Shown here piece by piece: positions 62,673 through 64,000 of a stretch of 64,000 bases of DNA. Below the pieces are notes generated by a model. The model worked only from the letters and a program-made list of their open reading frames with translations. It searched no databases and had not been told where the DNA came from. The DNA comes from Eledone cirrhosa (lineage: Eukaryota), in contig OZ024742.1 in NCBI GenBank assembly GCA_964016885.1, forward strand, positions 157,976,001 to 158,040,000. The letters run 5' to 3'. The position numbers and the translations under genes are program-made. The stretch's first letter is position 1. Each line of letters starts with the position of its first letter.

Positions 62673-62717
<45 letters not shown>

Positions 62718-63149
62718 GGTGTGGGTGTGTGTGTGTGTGTGTTCGTGAGTGTGCATGAGTGTGTGTGTCTGGATATCTCTCTATATATACACCAGAGTTC
62801 ATTTTACAGTCTCCTTCTCAACAAGTAAGATGAAAAAAACTTACTCAACACTTGAATTTAAATATTTAATTTTTAGTTTTTAATTCTTATTAATACTCTT
62901 TAATTGTAAAACTCAACATTTGATGAGATGAATTTTACTAATATTTAAAACCGGTAATAGGTTATATAATTTAAATACATTACAAAACTCATTTTTAAAT
63001 GAATTTACCCTCTCATTTTGTCAATAATGTCACTTTGACGAAAAAGAAAAAAGATCCTTAAATATATTTTCCGTGCTATTTCCTATCTCACTTTTTCTCT
63101 ATAACCATTGTTTTGTATAGAGCCTTACTTCCCTTTTCATATATAGGAA

Positions 63150-63362
63150 CGATCGACTTTCGTCAAATCGGGCCGAGGGAACAATGTTTCCGTTGGTCTT
63201 TCCAATTGCTAATACTATCTATCGGTCGCAACTCCAGGTAGAAGGAGCAACGTGAAATAGAGTGTCTTGCTCAAGGACATAACGCATCGCCTGGTCCAGG
63301 AATCGAACTCACAACCTTACGATTGCGAATCCATTTCTCTAACCACTCAGCTACACGCCTTC
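63150..63362 (-). mobile_element. tRNA-derived SINE family B
   Basis: Minus-strand A box tagctgagtgg and B box gagttcgattcc, body ccttgagcaagacactc. A closely related copy lies at 5213-5408. Confidence 0.85.
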
Positions 63363-63364
63363 AT

Positions 63365-63398
<34 letters not shown>

Positions 63399-63405
63399 AT
63401 TGTAT

Positions 63406-63436
<31 letters not shown>

Positions 63437-63607
63437 CATATATATATTGTATATATATATATATACATATATATATTGTATATATATACATATATATATT
63501 GTATATATATATATACATATATATATTGTATATATATATATATACATATATATATTGTATATATATACATATATATATTGTATATATATATATATACATA
63601 TATATAT

Positions 63608-63638
<31 letters not shown>

Positions 63639-63663
63639 TGTATATATATATACATATATATAT

Positions 63664-63694
<31 letters not shown>

Positions 63695-64000
63695 TGTATA
63701 TATAAATATATACATATATATATTGTATATATAAATATATATATACATATATATATATACATATATATATTGTATATATATATATACATATATATATTGT
63801 ATATATATATATAAATATATATATACATATACATATATATATATATAAATATATACATATATATATATACATATATATATTGTATATATATATATACATA
63901 TATATATTGTATATATATATATATAAATATATATATACATATACATATATAAATATATATATACATATACATATATATATATGTATATATATATATATAA
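63362..64000. repeat. (TA)n-derived minisatellite with catatatatattg units
   Basis: Read directly. Confidence 0.95.

Larger units (their letters stand above)
59232..62675 (-). mobile_element. Penelope-like retroelement (5'-truncated, C-terminal GIY-YIG) with inverted pseudo-LTR, inserted in (TA)n
   Basis: RT+EN coding sequence on the minus strand, 62079->60581. 59232-59688 is repeated in inverted orientation at 62081-62537 with few differences. Both ends run into (TA)n. The repeat contains a hammerhead motif. Confidence 0.93.

Overview
AT-rich, microsatellite-dense animal DNA. The SINE, RTE and MITE repertoire looks like an octopus-type cephalopod (inference). Almost all listed ORFs are microsatellite artefacts. 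Recognisable elements are a 5'-truncated Penelope-like retroelement (PLE; RT + C-terminal GIY-YIG, 59.2-62.7 kb) with an inverted pseudo-LTR, an internally deleted mariner, a mariner MITE, a TTAA/CCCTT MITE, RTE LINE 3' fragments, a 3.9-kb non-autonomous Helitron with two 3' ends, and two tRNA-type SINE families. The dominant hidden structure is a set of more than 10 sequence-diverse, mostly non-coding inserts. Most sit inside (TA)n tracts, many are built from inverted and/or partial-tandem repeats, and many carry a minimal type I hammerhead ribozyme (CUGANGA or UUGAAAA core, GAAA, short often palindromic stem III) near their 3' end. I read about ten well-formed and several decayed hammerheads by eye. 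These look like a (TA)n-targeting PLE plus its non-autonomous, retrozyme-like passengers, including one ~440-nt tandem unit and one locus that keeps both the filled and the empty insertion site. Host-gene evidence is limited to a tentative pair of minus-strand exons at 47.4-48.0 kb. Coordinates of degenerate repeats are approximate.
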